Assembly: GCA_019753285.1 (NCBI GenBank)
Contig: JAIELD010000066.1
Location: 290 to 64,289 of the forward strand
DNA from: Beijerinckiaceae bacterium
GTDB lineage: Bacteria; Pseudomonadota; Alphaproteobacteria; Rhizobiales; Beijerinckiaceae
DNA: 64,000 bases
Direction: 5' to 3'
Shown here: positions 28,931-38,814 of the stretch, one piece after another
How the letters are laid out: each line of letters begins with the position of its first letter
Position numbering within the stretch: position 1 is the first letter of the stretch
The notes under the pieces: model-generated
The model's database searches: none
Told to the model about the DNA's origin: nothing
Seen by the model: the letters and a program-made list of their open reading frames with translations, nothing else
Made by a program: the position numbers and the translations under genes

Positions 28931-29506
28931 ATGTCCGAGGACGTTCACGAAATGACGCATGGCGTCGCGGATAAGCGCGTCGCGCTGCTGATCACCATAT
29001 TGGCGCTGTTCCTGTTCCTGTCGGAGGCCGGCGGCAAGAGCGCCCAGCATCATTCGACCGAGTCGAACATTGAATCCTCGGACCTGTGGAATTTCTATCA
29101 GGCGAAGCGCATCCGGGCGACGTTGCTCGACAGCAACGCCAAGCAGCTCGACCTCACGCAGCAGGCCGTCTCCGACCCCGCGATCAAGGCCGCGATGCAG
29201 AAGCAGAGCGAGGACTGGAAGGCGACGGCGAAGCGCTACGAGACCGAGCCCAAGGATGGGCTGAAGGAGCTGATGGAGCGCGCCAAGCATGCGGCGGAGG
29301 TGCGTGATCACCACAATCTGCAGTTCCAGCATTACGAACTTGCGAGCGGACTGCTGCAGCTCGCGATCGTGATCGCCTCGGCATCGATCATCACCGGCAT
29401 ATCCGCGCTGATTTTTCTGAGCGGGGCGCTCGGTCTTGGCGGAGCGACGCTGATGGTGCTCGGTTTCGCTGCACCGAACGTGCTGAGCTTTCTCGGCGGG
29501 CATTAG
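28931..29506 (+). CDS. DUF4337-like membrane protein
   Basis: 191 aa. ...KRVALLITILALFLFLSEAGGKSAQ...SSDLWNFYQAKRIR... A C-terminal TM pair is present. Confidence 0.6.
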   Translation: MSEDVHEMTHGVADKRVALLITILALFLFLSEAGGKSAQHHSTESNIESSDLWNFYQAKRIRATLLDSNAKQLDLTQQAVSDPAIKAAMQKQSEDWKATAKRYETEPKDGLKELMERAKHAAEVRDHHNLQFQHYELASGLLQLAIVIASASIITGISALIFLSGALGLGGATLMVLGFAAPNVLSFLGGH

Positions 29507-29513
29507 CGCTACG

Positions 29514-29551
29514 GTCATCCCGGCGAAACGCAGCGCGTCTTCCGGGATGAC
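29514..29551. terminator. Perfect 10-bp inverted repeat hairpin between convergent genes
   Basis: gtcatcccgg-N18-ccgggatgac, with an inner acgc/gcgt pairing. It lies between the stops at 29506 (+) and 29568 (-). No clear U-tract is present. Confidence 0.5.
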
Positions 29552-29567
29552 ACCGACTTCATGAACC

Positions 29568-30116
29568 TCAAACGCTCGGGGCGGAGCGGGCCTTGCGCCT
29601 GAGCGTGCCGAGCCAGCGCATGAGCCCGCTCTGCGGCATATGCCTGCGCCACCAGCGGCGGAACAGACGGCGATAGACGCGGAACCTGCGCAGCGTCGGC
29701 TCGACCTGCTTCAGCGACCAGTCCTTCGCCCGGATCAGCATGGTGTAGCACCAGGCGAAAGCTCTGATCTGCATCAGCTTGGGCTTGCAGGGCTCGAACA
29801 GGAAGGCGATGACGGCGAGGCCGCCGATCTCCGCAAGCGCGAAGGTCACCGCGCCGGTGATGAAATGCCCTTCCGCGATGAACCAGAGCGCCAGGACCTT
29901 GGGCGGCTCGACGACCAGCAGCGGCACCAGAAAGATGATGAGCACGATGACGGGATGAAGCGGCTCGATGGCCCGCGCCGTCCAGAGCTTGATCCGTTCG
30001 AGCGGAAACGCGCTGGCGAGCCGCTTGATGAGCGGCGCGGCATGGTCATAGGCCCAGGCCTGCGCGAGATAAAGCGCTGCGACGATGAACCAGAGCGGTT
30101 TGAGCAGTTTGCGCAT
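29568..30116 (-). CDS. Hypothetical membrane protein with an Arg/Trp-rich C-terminal tail
   Basis: Trimmed from 30152 to MRKLLKPLWFIVAALYLA. It has 3-4 TM segments, and the tail reads RRFRVYRRLFRRWWRRHMP. I do not recognise a family. Confidence 0.5.
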   Translation of the reverse strand: MRKLLKPLWFIVAALYLAQAWAYDHAAPLIKRLASAFPLERIKLWTARAIEPLHPVIVLIIFLVPLLVVEPPKVLALWFIAEGHFITGAVTFALAEIGGLAVIAFLFEPCKPKLMQIRAFAWCYTMLIRAKDWSLKQVEPTLRRFRVYRRLFRRWWRRHMPQSGLMRWLGTLRRKARSAPSV

Positions 30117-30212
30117 CACGACCCCATTTGGGCATGAACCTAGCGCATACAAGTTGAACGGCCCATGAAGACGAATGACAGTAGACGAAAGACAGATGAA
30201 GGGCCGCTCGTC

Positions 30213-31610
30213 TCACATATGGATCGCGCGCTTGTCGACTGAAAGCGCCGCTTCCTTCACCGCCTCCGACATGGTCGGGTGAGCGTGGCAGGTGCGGGCG
30301 AGATCCTCCGCCGAGCCACCGAACTCCATCAGCACGGCCGCCTCGTGGATCATCTCGCCTGCGCCAGCGCTGATGATGTGGACGCCGAGCACGCGGTCAG
30401 TCGCTGCATCCGCCAGCACTTTCACCGAGCCGTCCGTGGTGCGGTTGGCGCGGGCGCGGCCATTCGCCGTGAACGGGAATTTGCCGGCCTTGTAGGCGAC
30501 GCCCGCCTGCTTCAGTTCGTCCTCCGTCTTCCCGATCGAGGCGACCTCCGGGTAGGTGTAGACCACGCCGGGAATGACGCCGTAATTCACATGGCCGTGC
30601 TGGCCGGCGATGATCTCGGCAACGGCGATTCCCTCATCCTCGGCCTTGTGGGCCAGCATCGGGCCGCGCACGACGTCACCGATGGCATAGATGCCGGGCA
30701 CGTTGGTCTGAAACCGGTCGTCGATCGTCACGCGGCCGCGCTCGGTGGCAACGCCTGCAGCATCAAGGCCGAGCCCTTCCGTGTAGGGCCGGCGGCCGGT
30801 TGCAACCAGCACGATGTCGGCCTCGATCGTCTCGGCCGGGCCGCCGGCGACCGGCTCGAAGGTGACGCTCGCGCCCTTTTTGCCGGGCTTTACGCCCGTG
30901 ACCTTGGAGGAGAGCTTGAACGCCGCGCCCTGCTTTTCCATGATACGCTGGAACTGCTTAGCCGTCTCCGTGTCCCAGCCGGCGAGGATGCGGTCGGCGT
31001 ATTCGATGAAGGTGACGCTCGAACCAAGACGACGCCACACGGAGCCGAGTTCGAGGCCGATCACGCCTGCGCCGATCACGACGAGCTTGCCCGGCACGCC
31101 TTCGATGTCGAGCGCGCCAGTCGATGAGACGACGATCTTCTCGTCGATCGTCACGCCCGGCAGCGGCGTCACTTCCGAACCCGTGGCGATCACGATGTTC
31201 TTCGTCTCCAGTGTCTTTAACGATCCGTCCGCGGCTTTCACCTCGACCTTGCCGGGCCCGGCGATGGAGCCGACGCCGATATGCGTCTCGACCTTGTTCT
31301 TCTTGAACAGGAACGCGACGCCGTCGACATTGGATTTTACCGTATCGTCCTTGTGCTTCATCATCGTGGCAAGGTTGAGCTTGGGCGCAGGCACCTCGAT
31401 GCCGAAAGCGGCAAAGCCATGGCCCGCCTCCTCAAAGAGTTCCGAAGCATGCAGCAGCGCTTTCGACGGGATGCAGCCAATGTTGAGGCAGGTACCCCCG
31501 AACGTATCCCATTTTTCGACGACGGCCGTTTTCAGGCCAAGCTGAGCGGCGCGGATGGCGCAGACATAGCCGCCCGGACCGGAACCGATGACAATGAGAT
31601 CGTAGGACAT
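30213..31610 (-). CDS. lpdA: Dihydrolipoyl dehydrogenase (E3)
   Basis: [51 protein letters not shown]. It is 465 aa and sits at the end of the suc cluster. Confidence 0.97.
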   Translation of the reverse strand: MSYDLIVIGSGPGGYVCAIRAAQLGLKTAVVEKWDTFGGTCLNIGCIPSKALLHASELFEEAGHGFAAFGIEVPAPKLNLATMMKHKDDTVKSNVDGVAFLFKKNKVETHIGVGSIAGPGKVEVKAADGSLKTLETKNIVIATGSEVTPLPGVTIDEKIVVSSTGALDIEGVPGKLVVIGAGVIGLELGSVWRRLGSSVTFIEYADRILAGWDTETAKQFQRIMEKQGAAFKLSSKVTGVKPGKKGASVTFEPVAGGPAETIEADIVLVATGRRPYTEGLGLDAAGVATERGRVTIDDRFQTNVPGIYAIGDVVRGPMLAHKAEDEGIAVAEIIAGQHGHVNYGVIPGVVYTYPEVASIGKTEDELKQAGVAYKAGKFPFTANGRARANRTTDGSVKVLADAATDRVLGVHIISAGAGEMIHEAAVLMEFGGSAEDLARTCHAHPTMSEAVKEAALSVDKRAIHM

Positions 31611-31633
31611 GGAAATTCCTTTTTGAGAGGCAA

Positions 31634-32437
31634 CTAGCGTCCGCCGGAAATGGTGATGTTCGCGCCCGTTGCATAGGAGGCCTCGTCCGAGATCAGCCAG
31701 AGAACGGCGGCAGCGACCTCTTCCGGGAAGCCTTCCCGTTTCATGGGGATCGCGGCTCTCGTCTCGGCAACCCTGTCCGGCAGGCCGCCGCTCGCATGGA
31801 TGTCGGTCGCGATCAAACCCGGGCTCACCGCATTGACCCTGATGCCCTCATCCGCCACTTCGAGCGCCAGCCCCTTCGTAAAGGTGTCGATCGCGCCCTT
31901 CGAAGCCGCATAGTCGACGAACAGCCCCGGCGAGCCGAGCGTCGCCGCCACGGAGGAGATGTTGACGATGGTGCCGCCCGATCCGCCATGCTTCGTCGAC
32001 ATGCGCTTCACCGCCTCCCGCGCGGCAACGAATGAGCCGACCACGTTGATGGTGAACATGCGCGTCAGGCGTTCGACGCTCATCTCGTCGACGCGCGCCT
32101 TCACGTCGACGACGCCGGCATTGTTGACGAGCACGGCGAGCTTGCCGATCGTGTCGGCGATCTCGAACAGGTGCTTCACGTCGTCCTCATTGCCCACATC
32201 GCCTTGGACAGCGAGCGCCCAGCCGCCTGCCGCCTCGATGTCATGGACGACCGATTTTGCGGCATCTGCGTTGCCGGCATAGTTGACGATGACCTGGTAG
32301 CCGCGGCTTCCGAGGCCAAGCGCGCAGGCCCGCCCGATGCCGCGGCTGCCGCCGGTAACGATGGCGACGGGCTTCTGCTCGCTGGCGGAAACTTCAGTCT
32401 GCTCATCGAGCAATCTGTCTGCGGACGTCTCGCTCAT
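31634..32437 (-). CDS. SDR family oxidoreductase
   Basis: [14 protein letters not shown]... NNAG ... YAASKGA... is the classical SDR pattern. Confidence 0.9.
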   Translation of the reverse strand: MSETSADRLLDEQTEVSASEQKPVAIVTGGSRGIGRACALGLGSRGYQVIVNYAGNADAAKSVVHDIEAAGGWALAVQGDVGNEDDVKHLFEIADTIGKLAVLVNNAGVVDVKARVDEMSVERLTRMFTINVVGSFVAAREAVKRMSTKHGGSGGTIVNISSVAATLGSPGLFVDYAASKGAIDTFTKGLALEVADEGIRVNAVSPGLIATDIHASGGLPDRVAETRAAIPMKREGFPEEVAAAVLWLISDEASYATGANITISGGR

Positions 32438-32470
32438 GCGCGTTCCCTGGCTGATTGCTTGCGACGAAAC

Positions 32471-33718
32471 TCAAAGATCCAGCACGAGCCGGGCCGGGTC
32501 TTCCAGCGCCTCCTTGACGCGGACGAGGAAGGTCACGGCTTCCTTGCCGTCCACGATGCGGTGATCATAGGACAGCGCAAGATACATCATCGGCCGCACG
32601 ACGACCTGGCCGCCGACCACCATCGGGCGCTCCTGGATCTTGTGCATGCCGAGAATGCCGGATTGCGGCGCGTTCAGGATCGGCGTCGACATGAGCGAGC
32701 CATAGATGCCGCCATTGGTGATGGTGAAGGTGCCGCCCTGCATCTCGTCGATCTTGAGCTGCCCGTCCCGCGCGCGCTTGCCGAAATCGGCGATCGTCTT
32801 TTCGATCTGGGCGAGGCCCATGCCGTCCGCGTCGCGCACGACCGGCACGACGAGGCCCTTATCCGTGCCGACGGCGATGCCGATATGGTAGTAGTTCTTG
32901 TAAACGAGGTCGCCGCCGTCGATCTCGGCGTTGACGGCGGGAATCTCCTTCAATGCCTGCGTGCAGGCTTTGACGAAAAAGCTCATGAAGCCGAGCTTCG
33001 CGCCGTGCTTCTTCTCAAAAATGTCCTTGTACTTCGTGCGCAGCGCCATGACCTCGCTCATGTCGACCTCGTTGAAGGTCGTCAGCATGGCGGCTGTGTT
33101 CTGCGCCTCCTTGAGGCGGCGCGCGATCGTCTGGCGCAGCTTGGTCATCTTGACACGCTCTTCACGCGTTCCGTCGCTCTGCGGCCAGGGCGCGCGCATG
33201 GCGACCGGCGCAGGCGCGGCGGCGGGGGCCGGGCTGGCGAGCGCGTTGATCACGTCCTCCTTCAGCACCTGGCCGCGCTTGCCCGACCCTGTATCGACCG
33301 ACACGTTATTGTCGGCCATCATCTTGGCGGCGGCGGGGGCTGGCGGCATGCTCGTCGCTGCCGGTGGCGCCGCTGCCGGCTTCGTGGCCTCGGCGGTTGC
33401 GGGCTTCGGTGCTTCGGTCTTCGCAACCTCGGCCTTCGCAGCCTCGGTCTTGGGCGTGTCGGCTTTCGCCGGCTCGGCTGTGCCGGCGGCGATCGAACCC
33501 AGAAGGGCATTGACGCCGACCGTCTCGCCTTCCTTCGCCACGATGTCGCCCAGCACGCCGGCTGCGGGAGCGTTCACCTCGAGCGTGACCTTGTCGGTTT
33601 CAAGCTCGACGATCGGCTCATCCGCCTTCACCGCCTCGCCCGGCTTCTTGAACCAGCGCCCTATCGTTGCCTCGGAAACGGATTCGCCCAGCGTCGGGAC
33701 GCGGATTTCGGTTGCCAT
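32471..33718 (-). CDS. sucB: 2-oxoglutarate dehydrogenase E2 (dihydrolipoyllysine-residue succinyltransferase)
   Basis: It has an N-terminal lipoyl domain (...[12 protein letters not shown]...), an Ala/Pro linker, and a catalytic C-terminus ...[16 protein letters not shown]. Confidence 0.96.
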   Translation of the reverse strand: MATEIRVPTLGESVSEATIGRWFKKPGEAVKADEPIVELETDKVTLEVNAPAAGVLGDIVAKEGETVGVNALLGSIAAGTAEPAKADTPKTEAAKAEVAKTEAPKPATAEATKPAAAPPAATSMPPAPAAAKMMADNNVSVDTGSGKRGQVLKEDVINALASPAPAAAPAPVAMRAPWPQSDGTREERVKMTKLRQTIARRLKEAQNTAAMLTTFNEVDMSEVMALRTKYKDIFEKKHGAKLGFMSFFVKACTQALKEIPAVNAEIDGGDLVYKNYYHIGIAVGTDKGLVVPVVRDADGMGLAQIEKTIADFGKRARDGQLKIDEMQGGTFTITNGGIYGSLMSTPILNAPQSGILGMHKIQERPMVVGGQVVVRPMMYLALSYDHRIVDGKEAVTFLVRVKEALEDPARLVLDL

Positions 33719-33785
33719 GATACTCTATCCTGTCAGTTCGGGTGGCCGGCGTTGATCGCCGGCGCGCGGTCATTCGTCGGTTGCG

Positions 33786-36764
33786 TCAGGTTGCGAAAGC
33801 TTCGTCGAGAAATGCCTGAAGCTGCGCGAGATGGTTCGACATCTGGCCTGCCGCGGTCGATGCCGAAGCGGGACGGCCGACATAGCGCGGCCGTTTCACC
33901 GCGCTGCCCGCCTGCTGCAGCACCCATTCGAGGTAATCCTCAAGGAAGGTCCAGCTCCCCATGTTCTTCGGCTCTTCCTGGCACCAGACGACATCCGCCT
34001 TCTTGAAGCGGGCGAGTTCGTTGGCGAGCGACTTCAGCGGGAAGGGATAGAGCTGCTCGACGCGCAGCAGATAGACATCGTCGATGCCGCGCTTCTCGCG
34101 CTCCTCGTAGAGATCGTAATAGACCTTGCCCGAGCAGAGCACGACGCGCCGAACCTTGGCGTCCTTCTGGAGCTTGATCTGCTGGCCGGCGAGCGTCTCC
34201 GCATCGTCCTTGATGATGCGGTGGAACGTCGTCTCGGCGGCAAAAGCCGAGAGCGGCGACACGGCCCGCTTGTGGCGCAGCAGCGATTTCGGCGTCATCA
34301 GGATCAGTGGTTTCCTGAAATCGCGCTTCATCTGCCGGCGCAGGATGTGGAAGTAGTTCGCCGGTGTCGTGCAGTTGGCGACCTGCATGTTGTCCTCGGC
34401 GCAAAGCTGCAGGAAGCGTTCGAGGCGGGCGGAGGAGTGTTCCGGACCCTGACCCTCATAGCCATGCGGCAGCAGGCAGACGAGGCCCGACATGCGCAGC
34501 CACTTGCGCTCGCCGGATGCGATGAACTGGTCGAACACCACCTGCGCGCCATTGGCGAAATCGCCGAACTGCGCTTCCCATAGCGTCAGCGCATTGGGCT
34601 CGGAGAGCGAATAGCCGTATTCGAAGCCGAGCACGGCCTCTTCCGACAGCATCGAGTTGATGACCTCGTATTTCGACTGTCCTTCGCCGATATTGTTGAG
34701 CGGCGTGTAGCGATCCTCGTTCTCCTGGTCGGTCAGAACCGAATGGCGCTGCGAGAAGGTGCCGCGCTCCGAATCCTGACCCGACAGCCGAACAGGATGG
34801 CCTTCGTGAAGGAGCGTGCCGAAGGCAAGCGCCTCGGCGGTCGCCCAGTCGATGCCTTCGCCCGTTTCGATCGCCTTGCGGCGGTTGTCCATGAAGCGCT
34901 GGATCGTCTTGTGGATGTGGAAGCTCTCGGGCACGGCCGTGATGCTGGCACCAATCTTTTTCAGCGTTTCGAGATCGACGCCGGTCAGGCCGCGGCGCGG
35001 ATCGTCCTCCAGCGCTTTCGCAGCCTTGAAGCCGGACCAGCGACCGTCGAGCCAGTCCGCCTTGTTGGGCTTGTAGACCTGGCCGGCCTCATATTCGGCT
35101 TCGAGGCGGGCGCGCCAGTCGGCCTTCATCTTTTCCACTTCGCCCTCGGTGACGACGCCTTCCTTGATCAGCTTCTCGCTGTAAAGTTCGAGCGTCGATT
35201 TGTGGCCGCGGATCTTCTTGTACATCAGCGGCTGGGTGAAGGACGGCTCGTCGCCCTCATTATGGCCGAAGCGCCGGTAGCAGATCATGTCGATCACGAC
35301 CGGCTTGTGGAATTTCTGGCGGAACTCGATCGCGATCTTGGCAGCGAAGGTCACGGCCTCCGGATCGTCGCCATTGCAGTGGAAGATCGGTGCCTCGATC
35401 ATCTTTGCGACGTCGGACGGGTAGGGCGAGGTGCGCGAATAGCGCGGATTGGTGGTGAAGCCGATCTGGTTGTTGATGATGAAATGCACCGAGCCGCCGG
35501 TGCGGTGGCCCTTGAGGCCCGACAGGCCGAGGCATTCGGCCACGACGCCCTGTCCGGCGAAGGCTGCGTCGCCATGGACAAGCAGCGGCAGCACTTGCGA
35601 GCGCAGTGTCGTGTCGTTGAGCTGATCCTGCTTGGCGCGGACCTTGCCGAGCACCACCGGATCGACGATCTCGAGATGCGAGGGGTTGGCCGTCAGAGAC
35701 AGATGCACGGTGTTGCCGTCGAACTCACGGTCGCTGGACGCGCCGAGATGATATTTGACGTCGCCCGAACCCTCGACCTCATCGGGCTTGGACGAGCCAC
35801 CCTTGAACTCGTTGAAGATGGCGCGGTGCGGCTTCGCCATCACCTGGCTCAGCATGTTGAGGCGGCCCCGATGCGCCATGCCGAGCACGATGTCCTTCAC
35901 GCCGAGCGCGCCGCCGCGCTTGATGATCTGCTCCATGGCCGGGATCATCGCCTCGCCGCCATCGAGCCCGAAGCGCTTGGTGCCGGTGTATTTGACATCG
36001 AGGAACTTCTCGAAGCCCTCGGCCTCGACGAGCTTGTTCAAGATGGCGCGCTTGCCTTCGCGCGTGAAGGCGATCTCCTTGTCCGGTCCCTCGACGCGGG
36101 CCTGGATCCAGGCCTTTTCGAGCGGATCGGAAATGTGCATGAACTCGTAGCCGATAGTCGCGCAATAGGTGCGCTTCAGCACGACCAGCATCTCGCGCAA
36201 GGTGGCAAACTCCATGCCGAGCACGTTGTCGATGAAGATCTTGCGGTCGTAATCGGCGTCCGTGAAGCCATAGCTTTCCGGGTGCAGCTCCTCATGGTCC
36301 TTCGGCGCGTCGAGGCCGAGCGGATCGAGCTTGGCGTGCAGATGGCCGCGCATGCGGTAGGCGCGGATCATCATCAACGCCCGCACGCTGTCGCGCGTCG
36401 CGGTCTGCACCTGCGTCTCGGACATGGGCGCGCCGGTCTCGCCGGCGCTCTTCTCGGCCTTCGCCTTGATCTTGTCGCCGACGATCTTGTCGACCGCGCC
36501 CCAATTGCCGTCCAGCGCCGAAATCAGATCGCCATTGGCGACGACGGGCCAGTTCGCCTTCTGCCAGGATGCGCCGCTCGCCGTCTTTTTGACCGCCGCC
36601 GCGTCGTCGCTCAGCGCGACGAAGAAGGCGCGCCATTCCGGATCGACGCTCGATGGGTTTTCCTGATAGCGCGCCTGCAACTGCTCGATATAGGCGGCGT
36701 TGCCGCCATAGAGGAATGAGGTCTGCTCGAGGATTTCGTTGGGGGTAAGGGTTGGATTGTCCAT
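33786..36764 (-). CDS. sucA: 2-oxoglutarate dehydrogenase E1 component
   Basis: 992 aa. It begins ...FLYGGNAAYIEQLQARY... and carries ThDP-binding regions. Confidence 0.97.
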   Translation of the reverse strand: MDNPTLTPNEILEQTSFLYGGNAAYIEQLQARYQENPSSVDPEWRAFFVALSDDAAAVKKTASGASWQKANWPVVANGDLISALDGNWGAVDKIVGDKIKAKAEKSAGETGAPMSETQVQTATRDSVRALMMIRAYRMRGHLHAKLDPLGLDAPKDHEELHPESYGFTDADYDRKIFIDNVLGMEFATLREMLVVLKRTYCATIGYEFMHISDPLEKAWIQARVEGPDKEIAFTREGKRAILNKLVEAEGFEKFLDVKYTGTKRFGLDGGEAMIPAMEQIIKRGGALGVKDIVLGMAHRGRLNMLSQVMAKPHRAIFNEFKGGSSKPDEVEGSGDVKYHLGASSDREFDGNTVHLSLTANPSHLEIVDPVVLGKVRAKQDQLNDTTLRSQVLPLLVHGDAAFAGQGVVAECLGLSGLKGHRTGGSVHFIINNQIGFTTNPRYSRTSPYPSDVAKMIEAPIFHCNGDDPEAVTFAAKIAIEFRQKFHKPVVIDMICYRRFGHNEGDEPSFTQPLMYKKIRGHKSTLELYSEKLIKEGVVTEGEVEKMKADWRARLEAEYEAGQVYKPNKADWLDGRWSGFKAAKALEDDPRRGLTGVDLETLKKIGASITAVPESFHIHKTIQRFMDNRRKAIETGEGIDWATAEALAFGTLLHEGHPVRLSGQDSERGTFSQRHSVLTDQENEDRYTPLNNIGEGQSKYEVINSMLSEEAVLGFEYGYSLSEPNALTLWEAQFGDFANGAQVVFDQFIASGERKWLRMSGLVCLLPHGYEGQGPEHSSARLERFLQLCAEDNMQVANCTTPANYFHILRRQMKRDFRKPLILMTPKSLLRHKRAVSPLSAFAAETTFHRIIKDDAETLAGQQIKLQKDAKVRRVVLCSGKVYYDLYEEREKRGIDDVYLLRVEQLYPFPLKSLANELARFKKADVVWCQEEPKNMGSWTFLEDYLEWVLQQAGSAVKRPRYVGRPASASTAAGQMSNHLAQLQAFLDEAFAT

Positions 36765-36767
36765 GAC

Positions 36768-37184
36768 TTATGTCCGTTTGCTGGAACGCGCCGGGCCGTG
36801 CAGGCCCTTGGCGACTGACGCCGGAAGATTTGGATTGAGAGGATTGACCGCAACGGCGCTGGGCGCGGGGTGGACGATCAGATCGAGATCCTCCATCGGG
36901 ACGGCTCCGAGCAGAACTTCGTCACCGAGCACCATCGCGCCCATGAAGCCGCTGCGATTGCCGAAGCGCAGATGGATCGGGCCGACATAGGGCAAAGCAC
37001 GCTTTGAACCGTCCGCAAGAGTGACCTCGCGTTTCTCAAGCTCGGCGAGCTGCAACTGGAGCGCGACATGCTCCGGAATGCACAGATGCAGGGCTCCCGT
37101 ATCCGCCAAGGCACGCACCGTCAGCGGCAGCAGGTCGGGCCTGCTGGCATTGGCGATCGTCAACTCTGCATATGACAAGCCCAC
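36768..37184 (-). CDS. Retropepsin-like (clan AA) aspartic protease family protein
   Basis: 138 codons. The GTG start has AAAAGGA 6 nt upstream. The catalytic-type ALADTGA motif sits ~30 aa from the N-terminus, and the size is typical of single-lobe bacterial retropepsin-like proteins. Confidence 0.65.
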   Translation of the reverse strand: MGLSYAELTIANASRPDLLPLTVRALADTGALHLCIPEHVALQLQLAELEKREVTLADGSKRALPYVGPIHLRFGNRSGFMGAMVLGDEVLLGAVPMEDLDLIVHPAPSAVAVNPLNPNLPASVAKGLHGPARSSKRT

Positions 37185-37224
37185 TTTGAGTCCTTTTCCG
37201 ACACCCTTCGTTCGATCGGACTTA

Positions 37225-38109
37225 TCAGCCCTTCAACACCTCGACCAAGGTTTTACCAAGGCGGGCTGGCGATGGGGAGACGCGGATGCCGGCCGCCTCC
37301 ATCGCCGCGATCTTTTCTTCAGCCCCGCCCTTGCCGCCGGCGATGATCGCGCCGGCATGGCCCATGCGGCGGCCGGGAGGGGCCGTGCGGCCTGCGATGA
37401 AGCCGACCATCGGCTTCTTGCGGCCCTTCTTCGCCTCATCCGCGATGAACTGCGCGGCGTCTTCTTCCGCCGAGCCGCCGATTTCGCCGATCATGACGAT
37501 CGACTCGGTCTTGGGATCGGCGAGGAACAACTCCAGCATCTCGATGAACTCGGTGCCCTTCACCGGATCGCCGCCGATGCCCACAGCCGTCGTCTGGCCA
37601 AGGCCTTCGCGCGTCGTCTGGAACACGGCCTCATAGGTCAGCGTGCCGGAGCGCGAGACGATGCCGACATTGCCCTTCTTGAAGATGTTGCCCGGCATGA
37701 TGCCGATCTTGCATTCGCCGGACGTCATGACGCCCGGGCAGTTCGGGCCGATCAGCCGCGACTTCGAGCCCGAAAGCGCGCGTTTCACCTTGATCATGTC
37801 TTCGACCGGGATGCCTTCCGTGATGCAGACGATGAGCGGAATCTCAGCCTGGATCGCTTCCAGAATGGCGTCGGCCGCGCCCGGCGGCGGCACGTAGATC
37901 ACGGATGCATCGGCACCCGTCCTGTCCTTTGCCTCCTGCACCGTGTCGAAGACGGGGAGGCCAAGATGCGAGGTGCCGCCCTTGCCGGGTGAGGTGCCGC
38001 CGACCATCTTCGTGCCGTAGGCGATGGCCTGCTCGGAATGGAAGGTGCCGTTCTTGCCGGTGAAACCCTGGCAGAGAACCTTGGTGTTTGCGTCGATGAG
38101 GATGGACAT
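37225..38109 (-). CDS. sucD: Succinate--CoA ligase subunit alpha
   Basis: Trimmed from 38343 to [44 protein letters not shown]. It is 294 aa. Confidence 0.97.
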   Translation of the reverse strand: MSILIDANTKVLCQGFTGKNGTFHSEQAIAYGTKMVGGTSPGKGGTSHLGLPVFDTVQEAKDRTGADASVIYVPPPGAADAILEAIQAEIPLIVCITEGIPVEDMIKVKRALSGSKSRLIGPNCPGVMTSGECKIGIMPGNIFKKGNVGIVSRSGTLTYEAVFQTTREGLGQTTAVGIGGDPVKGTEFIEMLELFLADPKTESIVMIGEIGGSAEEDAAQFIADEAKKGRKKPMVGFIAGRTAPPGRRMGHAGAIIAGGKGGAEEKIAAMEAAGIRVSPSPARLGKTLVEVLKG

Positions 38110-38123
38110 GGATGGGCTTTCGG

Positions 38124-38543
38124 CTAGTTCACGCGGAATGGATTGACGACCTTGACCGAGCCATAAACCTGCTCGTGACTGAGGTCCTCGGTGTAGAGGA
38201 TTTGGGCGTTCAAGCGATGTGCGGCGGCGAGGATCGCTCCGTCCCAGTATGAAATGCGATGCTGGCAAGCGAGCTCGGCGCCAAAGCGCACAAGACCTGC
38301 ATCGATTGCGAGGCAAGGAAAATCTTCGAGCGCCTCGATCCAATCCAGAGCGTCGTCGAGCGACCAGGTCTTGCGAACCTTTTGCGTCGATACGACGAGA
38401 AACTCTTGGAGAACCTGCGCCGACAGGCCGACATTCTGCGTCTTTAAGATGTCGCGGGCGACAGCCGTCTTCTGCCGATCTGAGTCGAGGGTTGATGCAG
38501 CGTAGACGAGAATGTTGGTATCGACCATCGTGTCAGCGATCAT
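38124..38543 (-). CDS. vapC: PIN-domain ribonuclease toxin (VapC-like)
   Basis: Trimmed from 38660 to [14 protein letters not shown]. Acidic PIN residues occur in [16 protein letters not shown] and YTEDL. It overlaps the upstream antitoxin ORF by 11 nt. Confidence 0.8.
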   Translation of the reverse strand: MIADTMVDTNILVYAASTLDSDRQKTAVARDILKTQNVGLSAQVLQEFLVVSTQKVRKTWSLDDALDWIEALEDFPCLAIDAGLVRFGAELACQHRISYWDGAILAAAHRLNAQILYTEDLSHEQVYGSVKVVNPFRVN

Positions 38544-38763
38544 AAAGATCCTCGCGCTTCCATCCGATGGGGCCTGCCTCCAGCGTCGAACGGTCCATGA
38601 GTTCGCCCAGCCTGCGGCGCGCGCGCTCCGTCCGATTTTCCTGAGCGGCGATCCCGCCAAGAAAATCGCGCACCAACCCGTTCACGCTCGTTTGCCGCTT
38701 CGCGGCATAAAGGCGAACCTCCTCGAGAACGGTCTCGTCGATCGCCAAAGTGATATTTTTCAT
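38533..38763 (-). CDS. vapB: Antitoxin (RHH/CopG-like, VapB-type)
   Basis: Trimmed from 38811 to [35 protein letters not shown], with GGAGG upstream. It is 76 aa and sits directly upstream of the PIN gene. Confidence 0.7.
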   Translation of the reverse strand: MKNITLAIDETVLEEVRLYAAKRQTSVNGLVRDFLGGIAAQENRTERARRRLGELMDRSTLEAGPIGWKREDLYDR

Positions 38764-38775
38764 CACACACCTCCA

Positions 38776-38796
38776 GTTACACAGTATATGTGTAAC
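38776..38796. promoter_or_regulatory. Perfect palindrome GTTACACA-GTATA-TGTGTAAC, a candidate vapBC operator
   Basis: It lies 13 nt upstream of the vapB ATG, within the 51-nt gap after the sucC stop. Confidence 0.55.
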
Positions 38797-38814
38797 TGTG
38801 TTGTTGAGCAATCA

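Noticed and set aside
30159-30206. The element after lpdA: cggccc ... gggccg enclosing the direct repeats gacgaatgaca-gta-gacgaaagaca.
   Set aside because: The stem is only 6 bp with a 36-nt loop and no U-tract, so it is not a convincing terminator. The 11-nt direct repeat (one mismatch) is a single pair of unclear meaning.
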